The notes under the pieces are model-generated. The model ran no database searches and was not told where the DNA came from. It saw only the letters and a list, made by a program, of their open reading frames with translations. 64,000 nucleotides of DNA from Sphyrna mokarran (taxonomy: Eukaryota). Of this stretch, positions 1 through 12,660 are shown piece after piece; position 1 is the stretch's first letter, and every line of letters begins with the position of its first letter. The DNA lies in contig JAGIQG010000008.1 of assembly GCA_024679065.1 (NCBI GenBank), positions 44,578,001 through 44,642,000 on the forward strand, given 5' to 3'. Both the position numbers and the translations under genes were made by a program.

Positions 1-1039
1 TATTAATGCAATGATTGGTCATTGAGATCAGTCCATAAAAGGTAAATTGTGTAAGACTTTGGATTCATCAGAACACTTCATCCAATTGATAAAGTCTTCT
101 TTGCATTCAATAGAATGAAGAGTCAGATACGAATACACTTGGTTTGATTTTCCAATTGATTTAATGTTGTGACATCTGCTGAGTCTCTGAAGTACTCTTC
201 CAGTATCTGTAGGTACAGAATCAGGCAAGCATTTGAAATATTCATCAAATAAGGAAAATGAACAGCCCTTTGAATTACTCACTGAAAGCATTTGTCTCTA
301 AAAGCTCATAAAACTATCAAACACAGGCATTCATGCCATTGAAAAAAAACTTTTAATCCAGTTAATACTTTCCAATCCTGTTCACATAAACAAATAGACA
401 TTGGAAAACCACTTCAAAGATCAATAAATGTATAACAGACTCATCAAACTAACAAAGCTTTCAGTCCCCTTCTTCAGTGTGAAAAAAACGCGCTTCCCCA
501 CCAGAGCTGAGTCTTGGGGCTTAGCCAAGCATTCATAATGAGATGATCAGTATTTAATATTGAGCTTTAAGTTAAAAACTTGCTTTTAGTAATCAACAAG
601 TTTCTGGAAGAAAACATAAAACTGCTGACTACTTTGACTTTACTTGAACATGTGCTTATCCTCTGCTTCTCTGAATAGACATGGTTTTATTTTGTAGTAA
701 GATCATTTTAATGTTTCTTCTGTGTTGACAAATTTCCAATTTAGTAGAACTGCCCAACTGACTGACTCAAACTCTTTGCCATCATTACAAATTTAGTAAT
801 ATGATGGTCATTATGAAGGTCAATCCTGCATTAGGGTTATTATGAACAAGTATATTTGATTATGCCCAATTTTTCACAACACATTGCATTAGGAAAAAAA
901 GTTATCATATCCATAAACCTTTCAGTTACCCTGCCCACTATTGACTTGATCAACAAAATTTATTACAGCACATAACCAGGTATAACCAGCACAAATGAGA
1001 TTTTTTAACTTTGACATCTTTAATTTGTAAATGTTTCTG

Positions 1040-1215
1040 CTTCTTAGGTAGTCCCTGAGGATGACTTGCTTCTATTCCAATGTGATAGGTTCTGATGGGT
1101 AATAAGTCCAATGCACAATCTCCAGATTCTGCTGAATGTAGGGCAGGCACAGATTGAAGCATTGGAAAGCTGAATTGTTTGGTGGTTTGTGGGCTCTCTC
1201 TGAAATCAAACAACT
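1040..1215 (-). mobile_element. Probable RTE-type LINE 3' fragment
   Basis: ttcttaggtagtccctgaggatgacttgcttc resembles the reverse complement of RTE-clade 3' ends (recalled similarity). Confidence 0.4.
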
Positions 1216-1829
1216 TCCTGGTCTCAAATCAAATCCAAAGCTTGATTTCAACTTTCCAAGTTAGGAGTTGTCCACTCATAACAGGTTCAAGATGAGCATG
1301 GATTCTGCTTGGCCAATACCCATAGATGGGCATTAGCGCCAGCCCCCATGTGTCTGTGGGAGAGAGCAAACTATGTACCACATCATAGAAAAGTATCCAA
1401 TCCACAGACTCAGTAGATGGCCATCTGCACAGCAGGACTGGACTCATTCAATAAATAAATAATCTGAAACCTCAATTTCTCCTCTACATGTTCTTAATAA
1501 AGTCTCTCTATGGGCTTCAGATTAGCAAACTACATCAGATTACCACTCAGTATTCAAATTTCTTCACTGTCTATCTTGCCCAATTTTCCTGACTCAGACT
1601 GAATGAGACCTAGGCAGCACAGTAGCCCCTGCAGTCAAAATTCAAAGGAATCATAGTGAGAGAGAATTCCAAGTACAGCAGCTTTGGGAGTCAGGCAGAC
1701 TGATGACATGCTGGTTGTGAGTGATTTACAATGATTTACGGTGCCAGGCATGTTGGTCTGGGAGAAGGTGCAGCTGTTGGACTTTTTCTCTTGCTACTGG
1801 ATTTGGAAACTTTGCCAAGGTATCATTAT

Positions 1830-2350
1830 TTCTACTGATGTTCTTGTTTTCTCCAGTGGTGTCTCTGCTCACTCTATTGGAGTCACTGCTCTTTCTGAAG
1901 ACCTCATATTCTCCATTGGTGTCCCTGATTTTCCTAATGCCATCCTCCTTCTCTTGCTCTTAGACTCTGATGGTCTTTCCACTGATATCCTCACGCTCTC
2001 AAATTATGTTTGCTCTTTCTCCTGACATGATTGGTCTATCAGTATCTCCGCTCTTTCCATTGAAGTCCTCTCTCTCTTTAGTGCTGTCACTTCTCGCTGT
2101 ACTGATTTTCTCATTCTATCTCTATATTGGTGATTGTCTTCCTATTGATACACTGCTGTAATGTTGATCCTGTTCTTTGTACTACTATTGAGAACTCCAC
2201 ATTTTCCATTGGTCTCTTTGTTCATTCTACTGGTTTTCTTGTTTGTTCAATCAGTGTACATGTTCATTTAAATGATCATATAATCTCTGCAGTACAAAAC
2301 AGGCCATTCAGCCTCTCTACCTCAGACACCTTTAAACTTTCTATTGCAGG
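1830..2350 (-). repeat. Degenerate 21-bp tandem repeat (7-aa unit E-R-x-x-T-P/S-hydrophobic)
   Basis: Plus-strand units tctactgatgttcttgttttc / tccagtggtgtctctgctcac / tctattggagtcactgctctt / tccattggtgtccctgatttt / tccactgatatcctcacgctc. Confidence 0.7.
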
Positions 2351-4329
2351 CTAATTTTCTTATTTACAAAAGCAATTAAGGTGCAGAATCGAAAATAAAT
2401 AGCATTGGCTTTTAAGTAAATAAGTGGAATATATATCTTACTCATATATAATCAGTAACTGTCACAGAGAATTGAAATTTATGGAATTGGACTGGCTTAC
2501 TTAATGAAAATGTTATCATTTGTCAATCCATAATTCTGAAACGTGGCTGAATAATAATTGTCATCATAAAATCCATACAGTGAATTATTTTTACTGTCCA
2601 TTTTAATTGCTTTGTGATACTGTGAAAATCAAATGGAATATGTGGTATTTACTTCTAATTCTTCTGTACATAGAATTCATATAACACGGACATAGTATAG
2701 GGAAAATGTATTTTCACATAGACAGTTAACAATATTCACTAGAAGTCTTCAAAGCAATAAAATGAAAGAGAAAGGTCACAAATTAATTTTAAAATGTAAC
2801 GGTATATATGGCTATCAGATACTGATGAGCCCAATGTGAATAGCCAAAGACAGCATTATATTATTACTCCATAACCTGTCATGACAAATAAATTCAATAA
2901 TTTACCTTAATGAATGCCTGCTCAGACTGACTTTGAAATCATTAGCAGATTATTTCTTTCACGCCGTCTGCAAAGGCGTTATCAAATTCCTTCTATATTC
3001 TGCTGTCCTAATTTAAACATTAGTCCTAAAAGTTCATTCTTAGACCCCACAAAAGAGACAAGCACTGGTAAAATACCTCAAATCAAAACCATGATGTTAA
3101 GTGTGCAGGATTGTTCTATATCCAGAGTTTGAGGAATCCCCTTACATACAGTTTTCTGATCAAGAAACTTGAGCTGAATCAAGTTGAAAAAATACAATCT
3201 TTTTAATGGAGTCAATACAAAGATAATCCACTGGGACCCTCACCTTTTTTGTTTCATAATGAGATTCTGATAATGAGAGATGACTTTCTCAGACACTCCG
3301 GTTCTATTATGGCTAATATGATTCCACTTCACTGTCCCTGTTAATTATTAACACTAGTCTTTTTATTGTCCTGAGACTCGAATACATCATTTGATTACTC
3401 ATTTTCTTAAAGAGATGTATATTTCAATGGAGATCTAAGAATATTGACTCTAAAATCCTTAATAAAAAGATTACTACTTGTTCTTGTAATTTTATCTTCA
3501 AGCTTTAAAGTGATGTTCTAGTTAGATATAAACAATTCCCTTAATTCGATAATGAGTGTTCTTGTGAGACACACATGGAGTCAACCTTTGTCCAGGATGA
3601 CCATTAGGTGCTTCCACAGTTAGTATGGTAAGGCAGTTGGAAGGATAGTTATCTAGATCCCTTCCCAACATACTTTTTAATTTTCATTGAAAACATTAGA
3701 TAGTCATTCACACTTGTTCAGCATTATCTTTTATAGTCTTATTGCATAATGATTGATTTTTGAGAATATTTGGGTCATTTGCAGATTTTACTCAACAGTG
3801 TTGATTTTGACATTTTAAGACAAAGGTGAAAATGGGTCAAGAAGTTTCACATTTATAATTGTCTCAAATGTCCATCTGTTTTTTGCTAAAGAGGTGTACC
3901 ACAGAAGAGAGCATTTTTCTGACTCCAGCCTTCCTAATTCACCATAATCTCTGGGAGAAATTGAAATGCAAAGTTATCCTGTTCATTGTCTGATATCTCT
4001 CAGGTTACAGTTATGCTGCCGTGATGAAACAGTCTCAATTAAGTTGCATTCATGCCCACTTATTCATTCTCAGTTCATATCTGGCCTCATTTTGAGAGCT
4101 TGAATAACATTTGTGCATAAAATATTGGTTCTCTAATGCCAAAAGTAAACAGAATCAACAATAGATTCATAAAAACAACACAGAAATGACAAACAAGACA
4201 AAAAGAAAATAAGAATTTATGCAATCCTTGCATTTAAAAATTCCAATTATTAGATAAGCAGCACTGTTCACTTGTTGACTGAGAAGCGTGCATGAAATGT
4301 CTTTAGCAGAATGCAAGTTGGTCAGAGAA

Positions 4330-4700
4330 TAGTGAGTGCGACGGTGGAACTCAGGTCTGAATTATTTCGGGGAGGGGGGTGGATGGGTGGGTCTTTCCTG
4401 GGGGGGTGGGGTGGCCAGCAATTAAGGCATTGGGGGAGAGGGTGGGTCGCATGGTCAATGATGTGGGATCGTGGGGCTGGTCAGTGATTGGGAGGCCGGC
4501 AATGTAAGGCTACTGCGCATGCATTGACCTCTGCCAAGACAGATCAGTGCATGTGCAGTGGCCTGCTCTACTGCCAGCCTCTCAGGTGGGAACAGGCCCC
4601 GCCCACTGATTGTTAATGCAATTTATGCAGTGCACAGAGCATTGGAGATTCATTTTGAAACTCCCGCTGAGAAAACCAGTGGGATTTAATCCAGTTTTAG
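4330..4700. mobile_element. GC-rich non-autonomous DNA-element (MITE/Harbinger-like) remnant
   Basis: Abrupt G-rich block with actgcgcatgc motifs, similar to the 3' part of the element at 31020-32056. Confidence 0.5.
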
Positions 4701-5320
4701 TATCACTGCTGGCCACATACCTCCAGACTAATAGAAATTGGGTCACTCCAAAACTGAGGGGTTGGGAAATATGCCAGTGCTTACCAAAGGGGAAGCAAAT
4801 CAAAAACAGTCTTTTGTGTACAGATAGGTAATGAGGGGAAAACAAGAGTTTTTCAAACTAACCTCTCCCCTGCCTATCCATACCAATTGCCATGCATATG
4901 TAATTGTGCAAAAGTATTTAAAAGGGCTGCACAATTAAATAAATAGCCTGTGCAATCCCCAAAAGAATTAGAGCGATGGCTGGAGTGTACCTAGGCAAGA
5001 CAGGTTGAGGATATTAGTGGGCTCCACATGATTTGCTAGGCCCATCAATAACAATAGACATAAAATTGCATGGGCCAGCTAATCACCCAGCATGAAACTT
5101 TGTCACATCCTCAGAAGAGGCAAATTCTGTGCACTTTGAGTGCCAGTTTGTATAATTTACATTTATGTCTAAAAATGATCTGTCAAATTGGTATTCAAGA
5201 AACATACAAACGGAATTTTTCAAATTAAGGTTAACACATCACTCCTACAAAAGAAGTTGCAGTAAAGCTCCAACAATTAAAGCAGCACGACTGAAAAGAG
5301 GAAATACAACAGATACTCAC

Positions 5321-5477
5321 ATTCATTCCTCAAATAATTATTGAGGAGTTGAAAAAGTGGAAAGGTGTCCCAAGAATCTGGGGGCTGTGCTTCAAGGGTT
5401 GCATCCATATCGACAGCAAAGAGTGACCAAAATATTTCTGCATGCTCTGCCATTAGGTCAGGCCACCAGGCAAAGGC
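5321..5477 (-). CDS. CADPS2: CADPS2 internal coding exon (157 nt), start of MUN/MHD region
   Basis: tcttgtag|GCC TTT...AAT GAA T|gtgagt. Translates [56 protein letters not shown] is CADPS2-like (CADPS1 has WWSD). The next exon lies beyond position 1. Confidence 0.96.
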
Positions 5478-7716
5478 CTACAAGACAATAAGAAAATTTC
5501 AGCTAAAATGTTAGCCAAGCCAGACAATTGTTAGCTACAGTCTCTTTGGTGACACACCCAAATTGCTTGCGTTAAAAGAAATGAGGGGATGTGCAAAACT
5601 TTTTTCTATTTAAAAATTTCTATCATGAAGTATGTTTGTGTATACACATTCTTCTAAAACCAAATGTAGAATTGTGGTTTTCAGTTGTTCAAAGCCAGCA
5701 GCAGCTCCCAGTTTGAAAAACTTCAGCTGAATGACGCACCCTCATTGCTTTTGTCACATTTCCTTGACTGGAGTTTGTCTGACTGAATAAAGCATCATGC
5801 ATAATTGTGAGGTATCTATGCAATTATCATTGTGCACAAAATGCAAACGTGCAGTTAACTTGATTAAAATTTACTTGTATGGTGCATTAACAACTGACCT
5901 GTGCAGGCTGTTGCTGTCTATAGCTTGGACAATGGTTTGGTGAGAACAATAAGGTTGTTAAAAAGGCAGTAACTTTACTCTCATTCCATTTTCTTTATTT
6001 TACCAATTTATTAGGGACAAGGTTGGAACACTTGGTGTTTCATCTGTAAAAATTTAGCTTTACAATTCCATCTACTTCCAGTTCTTCTACCCCACCCTAT
6101 TGTTATAAATACAAAATACAGGTCTAGTATGTGAATTGTTTCCTGTCATGTGCTATATAATGAATTGTGTGACCACAGGCTGCAAATGTGACAGGTGGTA
6201 TTGAATTTTCTTTCTTTTGGTTGAGGAGAGTGACAATAATTTACTGTGCCTGTCAATTTTCATGTAGTGTAACACTCCAAGTGGAGGATTGGGCATTGAT
6301 CAGAAGTGAACTGAATATGGGCTTGGAGAGACATAGCAACACTGAAGGTTTTATGAAGAGAATTCCAGAGTGTGGAGCATCATGGCCTCACCACAGATAA
6401 CAGTGGTAATGGCAAGAAGACTATTACATGAAAGTGGGTACAGACCCAGTGGAGTTGAAGAAATAGGGTGTTCACATATGGCAAGATGGACAGCAACACT
6501 ATGGTTGTTTTAAGTAACAGGTTTATAGCAGTAAGTCGTACTATTTGGCTTGCTCATGTCTCAACACTTGAAAATGGGCAATTTGACAAAGTTAATCCAA
6601 ACCTTTGCATTCTAATTCTCTACTTTGGTGAGCCACAATTAAGGCACTATTGACCTGTAGACACATTTCTTCCTTGCGCATTAAAAACAAAATTATCTTT
6701 TTTTTTAAAGCACACATTTTATTTACAATTAGTTATGATTAATCATGTGCAATGATTTAACTGAGCTCAAAGATCTGTTGAACAATTCTCTGTCTATTCA
6801 TATCAGAGGCTCTTTAAACATAGCATCTTAGAAACTAAGACAAAATATTCTATTTTGGTCAGTTTAGGAAAATATCCAGTAGCAGGCAAAGGGTAGAAGA
6901 CAATGCAAAACTCAATTTTTGTTTTCACATCAGGGAGGTTACAAATGGATTGAAGAAAATTAATCATTTCTGCCATAGTGTACCCTGTTACAAATAGCTC
7001 TCTTACAAAATTAAGGGTACAGCCTTATACATTTATTATTGAGCTTATTTTCACATGTTGAAATATCTGAGGCATGCAGTGAGCTTTCTGTACTACCTAG
7101 CAGTGCACACAAATAAAGCATGAGGCCAATGAGCTGACAATTGATTGTTTCCCTCTTTTAGCATTTACTGCTGCCCATGAATTCCAGCTTTTATTATGGT
7201 AACCCCATACACTATGGAGATAATGGGGAAGGGGAGGAAGAGAAAGGAATAATAAAGCACGGAAAACACAGATTCATGTCTGTTATCAACAGGAATTGCA
7301 AGTCAAACTCTTACTCGTAAGCATTGTGGTGTGGCAAGATGGATCTTGTCCATGTAATAATCCACTAAACAATCTGGACTTGGGTTCCATTTATTAATAA
7401 ACAAAAGTTAAAATTAATCTTTAATCATTCTTCACCAATGAAGTACTTGCCAAATTCAAATCAAACACTGAAAAGACCAAATAACATCTCAGTTGAAGAC
7501 TTTTTATAAAATATGCTTTGTCCAGGATAAAACACATTTAGGATTTTAGCTGTAGGATTTTCCACCTGTAGACTCAGAGGAAGGGGAAGGATATTGAAAA
7601 CTACTTTTATGCTCAGATATTGCCTTTTTAAAATGATGACAAACATAATGCATGCCTCATCTTTAATAGGAAACGTGAAGAAATGCCCAATGGTAGAAAC
7701 CTCACTGGCCACATAC

Positions 7717-7725
7717 CTCTCTTCC
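7717..7725 (-). CDS. CADPS2: CADPS2 9-nt microexon (GRE)
   Basis: ttcctgaag|GGAAGAGAG|gtatgt. Encodes GRE, the tripeptide found between ...EHHAE and AFAWW... in mammalian CADPS2. Phase 0 to 0. Confidence 0.9.
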
Positions 7726-9621
7726 CTTCAGGAATCCGCACATGTGCAAGTGTTTGTTGGACAAAAAGAAAAGAATCCAAACATTTAAATACAAGTTTAT
7801 AACTGTAATTTGAAAATCACATCATGTAACCCTGTAAACATAAGGTGACCATCCATTATTCAGTGCTGCATTTACCTCTTTTCTCTCCACCCGGAGTCCA
7901 GCCACTGACTCTACTTCATGGAACTTTTATTTTCTGGGCCTCATAAATGGAAGACTTGTGTGAAGAAACACTTCATATTATGTTCACAATGCAATTAACC
8001 CCAAGCAAATTTCCTACAAAATGCACTGATAAACCAGTTCTATTCCACAGTCAGCATATATAAAGGAAGTGTTAATAGCCAAGAAATATAATGGATATTT
8101 TTCATTAATCCTCCTGATATATGTTGATTTTTTTTACCGTTTCAATTTAACACAAGATTATTTGCTTCTTCACACTGTCGCATCTTAAACATTTTCCAAA
8201 TCTAATTATTGCATAATCGAATAACTGAAAAAATAAGCAATTTCATTAATCTAGTTTGGAAGTCATGGTTCTTTAGTCAAAACTGATATCGATAATTGCA
8301 AAAATAAGATAACAGTAGACATTTCTAATTGAATTCAGACTAATTGCTAAATCACAAGGTAATTTGTCCTGAAAATGAAGAGCAAACAACCACTTAAAAA
8401 CAAACAATTTCACCCAGATTTCACCTGTGATTAGTCTTAAAGGAAGTGAACAACTTGCTATTTATAATCTGCTGTAGAGAGGTTTTATATAGTTTAGAAA
8501 TAACTAGCACAGCATGTATCTAATCTAATTCACATTTACGTTTTTCTTATGTTCTCAAATTTCAGCAGCTCATTTTTATAATTTAAATTCAAAGAAAAAG
8601 AATACATAAATACAAATCAGACTAACAACAAACCAGGTTAATTATTTCTGGAAAATCAACACTATCTTACTTCAAAGTACAAAAAATATGCTCTTATAAC
8701 TCAAAATGAAAGCATATAAACTGCATGGGATATTTTAGATTTTTGTTCTTGATTGCTTTGATTTATGTGATATTCAAACACAGAGTGAGGCAACATGAAG
8801 ACTTCACAAGTTCTAAGGGACTATCCACTAAAAGGTATATTCCCTCATTTTAACAAAACTCATGCCGGGGATAGGTTTCAGGGTAAAAAAAAGCCGGCAT
8901 TTTTGGATAAAAGCAAATCATTGCAGATACTGGAATCTGAAACAAAAACAAAAAATGCTGGAAAATCTCAGCAGGTCTGAAGAGAAGATAGAGGCTTTTA
9001 TGAATGCTTGATTTCATTTTAAGGAGAAGGTGACTAATGATTCACCCATTAATCTGAATTCCATTAGCAATGTCTAACAACATTCTCTCCACACCAATTT
9101 TCTAAGTGAGGCATACATTCAGAAAGAAAGCACCATATCATATTTCTCATAAACATCCCTAAATGGCTTTACATATGGCAAACTGCTGTCATTGTTTTCT
9201 AGCAGTTTGCATAGCAAACAGCAACAAAATTAATCTGTTTTATTCGTCATGCGCTGAAGGGAGCAATATTTCACAGGACATCAGGAGAATTGTTCTATAT
9301 AATAGTTAATGTCCATCTGAATCACTGGCAAAAGGATCCCTCTGATAGTGCAAGATTTCTTCTTGTGACACTTATATGTCAGCAAATATTATGTTCTCAA
9401 GACTGTGTGCTTCTTCCATCTACCCATTTAGCTGACAGATAAATGGTTTTCTCTACCCAGATACTATCCTTTGAAACCTGACAGCCTGTCACACAAGCCC
9501 TTTGCCCCTAAAATATTTGTCCTATCTCCAAGCTTCCTTTCATCTACAAATAGGCAAACGCATGGTTTCCTTCCAATTCTGTACCCACCTTGCCTGCAAT
9601 TCTATGTCTGAAAGTATCCAT

Positions 9622-9722
9622 GATGTGGAGATGTCAGTCTTGGACTTGGGTAAGCACAGTAAGAAGTCTCACGATATCAGGACTTCAACCTGGTGTTGTG
9701 AGGTTTCTTACCATGCCAAACC
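9622..9722. repeat. Penelope-like terminal sequence in inverted (hairpin) arrangement
   Basis: gatgtggagatg..ttggacttgggtaagcacagtaagaagtctcac followed by its reverse complement cctggtgttgtgaggtttcttac. Related sequence at about 45390-45420. Confidence 0.6.
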
Positions 9723-10619
9723 TATCTGATCAGGTTTTCCAACCTTGTGCCCTCCTTCATGCACAAAAACTGCATCCCTTTGGCCTTCCCTCTGTAAATG
9801 CCACAGCCTCCACCTCATTTTACACACTTGAAGTCCCGGCTTAAAACCAACTTCTCATCACAATTTCTTTTTCATTCCTTCTGATATCTTCTTTGGTTCA
9901 GCTTTAATTATTTGGTTATTCTCTGTGAAGCGATCCAGAATATCATTTCTACATTAAAGGCATATCTATGACCAAGTTATTGTTGTGCAGCTGGAACCTG
10001 CTGACCCTCTGACTTAGGGAATCAGCTGAGCAAAATTTCTTAAAAGTGCAACTCCACAGGGTATCTATCAGGTAGCTTGTTTACAACAGAATCCTGCCAC
10101 AGAATGAACAAAAATTAGAATTCCAACACAGACTTTCAATTCTTGAAGCATGAAGAATAAATGCATTTCCAAAGTCAACACGCTCAAATTTGACCCTAAA
10201 TGAATTAGCAAACAAATTTGAAGTGAGAAAAAGAGGAAGAATGTCAGTGCAAATCCTGTAGGTTGAAAGAAGGAGTCCACTGGAATAAATGTAATGTTAA
10301 GAAGAAGATCATAAGGACAGAGACCCTTGGAAGAAAGCAGAAAGAATAAAAACTATTTTAGTGCTATTCAGCAAAGCAAAAAACACAGTAGAGATTAAAA
10401 GATCCCAGGATTAAAAACTGAGGAAGTTCACAAAATAAAATTCTGAGTGATCGCTCCCTCCAGATATTCACAAGAGAGGACATATGCAGCATGTCCCTTC
10501 CTAACAGACAAAGCAATGTTAAATCAAAAAACATTGATACAAATGATGCAGAGCTCCTGAGTAATCTAAAAGAGTTCAAACAAATAAACCACAGAGGCAC
10601 AAAATAATTAGCTCAGAAT

Positions 10620-12660
10620 ACTGAAAGAGTCTAAAGACATTTCTAAGATACTCTCAAGGAACATGAGAGAATAATTGAATGCTGGGGAGGTCTCAGCTGA
10701 TTAAAAATAAGTCAATATGGTGCCCATATCAAAAAGGGGTATATGGTAGGTGTAAATGTATCAGGACCACATCTATTCCATGAAAAATTAATAGAACTGA
10801 TAGTTAGGAGAAAGCTTGAAGTGTTTTCCCATAATAATAACCTACTAAATAAAAGGCAACATGTTTTCAGAAGAGAAAGATCATGCTTGAACAATCTCTT
10901 TACCTTACAATCATAGAGTCAGAGAGCAGGACAGCATGGTAACAGGGCTTTCAGCCCAACTGGTCGATATCCACTATGGTGCCCTCCCAGCTAGTCCCAA
11001 GTACCCGCATTTGGCCAATATCCTTCTGATTCTTTCCCATCCGTGTACTTATCCAAATGCTTTTTAAATGTTGCTATTGTACCTGCCTCAACCACATTCT
11101 CTGGCAGCTCATTACATATACTTCTTTGAGAAAATAACTTCATGGCTAAACTGCGAAAACCTCCTTAATACAGGTTTTGAAATGGTCCCTCAAGAAAATT
11201 GTTAGTCAAGTTCAAATCTGTGAGGTGTTTGAAGAATCATCATATTTGATTCAAAATGCTAACTCCACAGATGCTACCAGACCTGCTGAGTATTTCAAGC
11301 ACTTTCTGTTCTTATTTTAAATCTGTGGGTATTTGGGTAAACCCGGGGGATAAACAGGGAACTGGCTGAAATGTTGAGTGAAATGAAGACTTCTTACATG
11401 TGTTATTTAGGTGTTGGCAGGTTATTGGTTGTCTGCTATTTCTATAGATCAACTGGATTCAGAACCTCTGTGAAAAATGGTCAAATTTATTGATTATATC
11501 AAACAATTCTGGGCAGTGGGGAATGGAAAGTGGGCAAGGGGCCTTGGGCACAGGTATATCATCACTGACTGGATCTAGCCCCAGAGCTTTCAGCACATGG
11601 ACAATCAACATGGCCTTGTTAGAGTGTAAAATGATAGTGGGGCTATCAAGGTTGGTGGTAATGTGTTCCTTGCTGACACATCAGATTGTGAGGACTGAAC
11701 TCCTACCATCCTAAAAATTCAGGCCTGAGTCTGCCATCTGTAATCCTGCCATTTGATCAAGTAACCTTTATTGTCCCATCTCCAGTATTCTATAACAGGT
11801 AAAAGTATCCACAAGAATGAAAATGTTCCTATGATTTTCTACCACAATCCTTTCAGGAGTACCCGCAGATTTTTTGAGACATTAAGTGAGGGACCGTAGA
11901 TGTAGGGTGGGACTGTGTGAGGATGGGTAATTCAGAGGAAGCAGTTCTGAAATTTGAGAGTGTGTTGGACAAAATAGGTATATAGAGTAAAGGCAGGCGA
12001 AGTTTAATTCACATAAATGCAAGGTACACAGGGGTAGTAAAATAAACAGCACACCTATTCGCTGAGTAACATTAAAGTAACATGGTAAAATGGAAAGAAA
12101 CCTCAAATGTGCACATGTTCAACTAACAGAAAGCAGTAACCAACAAAAATAACTAAGTGAACAGAAATATTAAATATTAATTAAGAAGTTATAATTAAAC
12201 TGTGCAATATTCTACTTTGACAAAACTGTAAAAACTATATGCTGTTCTCTTGCCAAAATTGAAGGCAGATTTTGAAACACTGAAGACAGTGCAGGTAAAA
12301 GCATATTATCAAATCCTGGTGTCAACAGCCTGACTTAACAGGAAAGATATAAGAATATTGGCATTTTGGACAGAGTGTGAGAAAGGTTTCACAGTGATGA
12401 TGTTAAAATGCTACAAAAGTTACAGCAAAGCTAAATGTGGAATATTACATTAAGTTGTGAAAAGTAGACAAGAGCTTCGGGACTGATATTATGAGGCTAT
12501 ACTTCACACAGAGAATTATCAACACTTGGAATAGACTTCTTTGTGAAGAGATGGAACAAACCCTGAAATCATTTAACAAAAAACAATGGGCTAGTGGGAA
12601 GAGACTCAAGTGTGTTTCTGAATAGATTAATGAATATGGGTTGATTGGCCTTCATCTGTA
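10620..12660 (+). mobile_element. Old fragmented CR1 LINE with nested insertions
   Basis: RT motif remnant (QHVF..RSCLNNL at about 10855-10900) and a decayed 3' region at 11960-12660. Interrupted by a minus-strand CR1 3' end (10910-11120) and other short repeats. Confidence 0.65.

Larger units (their letters stand above)
1..4132 (-). pseudogene. Possible decayed protein-coding sequence nested in a CADPS2 intron (identity unresolved)
   Basis: Acceptor-like site at 4133, donor aag|gtaaat at 2906/2905, weak acceptor at 2351. Broken reading frames with a 7-aa repeat whose stops include TGA at Arg positions. Residual ORFs 28-291, 950-1213 and 1229-1447 are all on the minus strand. Confidence 0.35.

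Noticed and set aside
1830-2350. CRISPR-like array
   Set aside because: Units are contiguous and degenerate with no unique spacers or cas genes, and the context is vertebrate.
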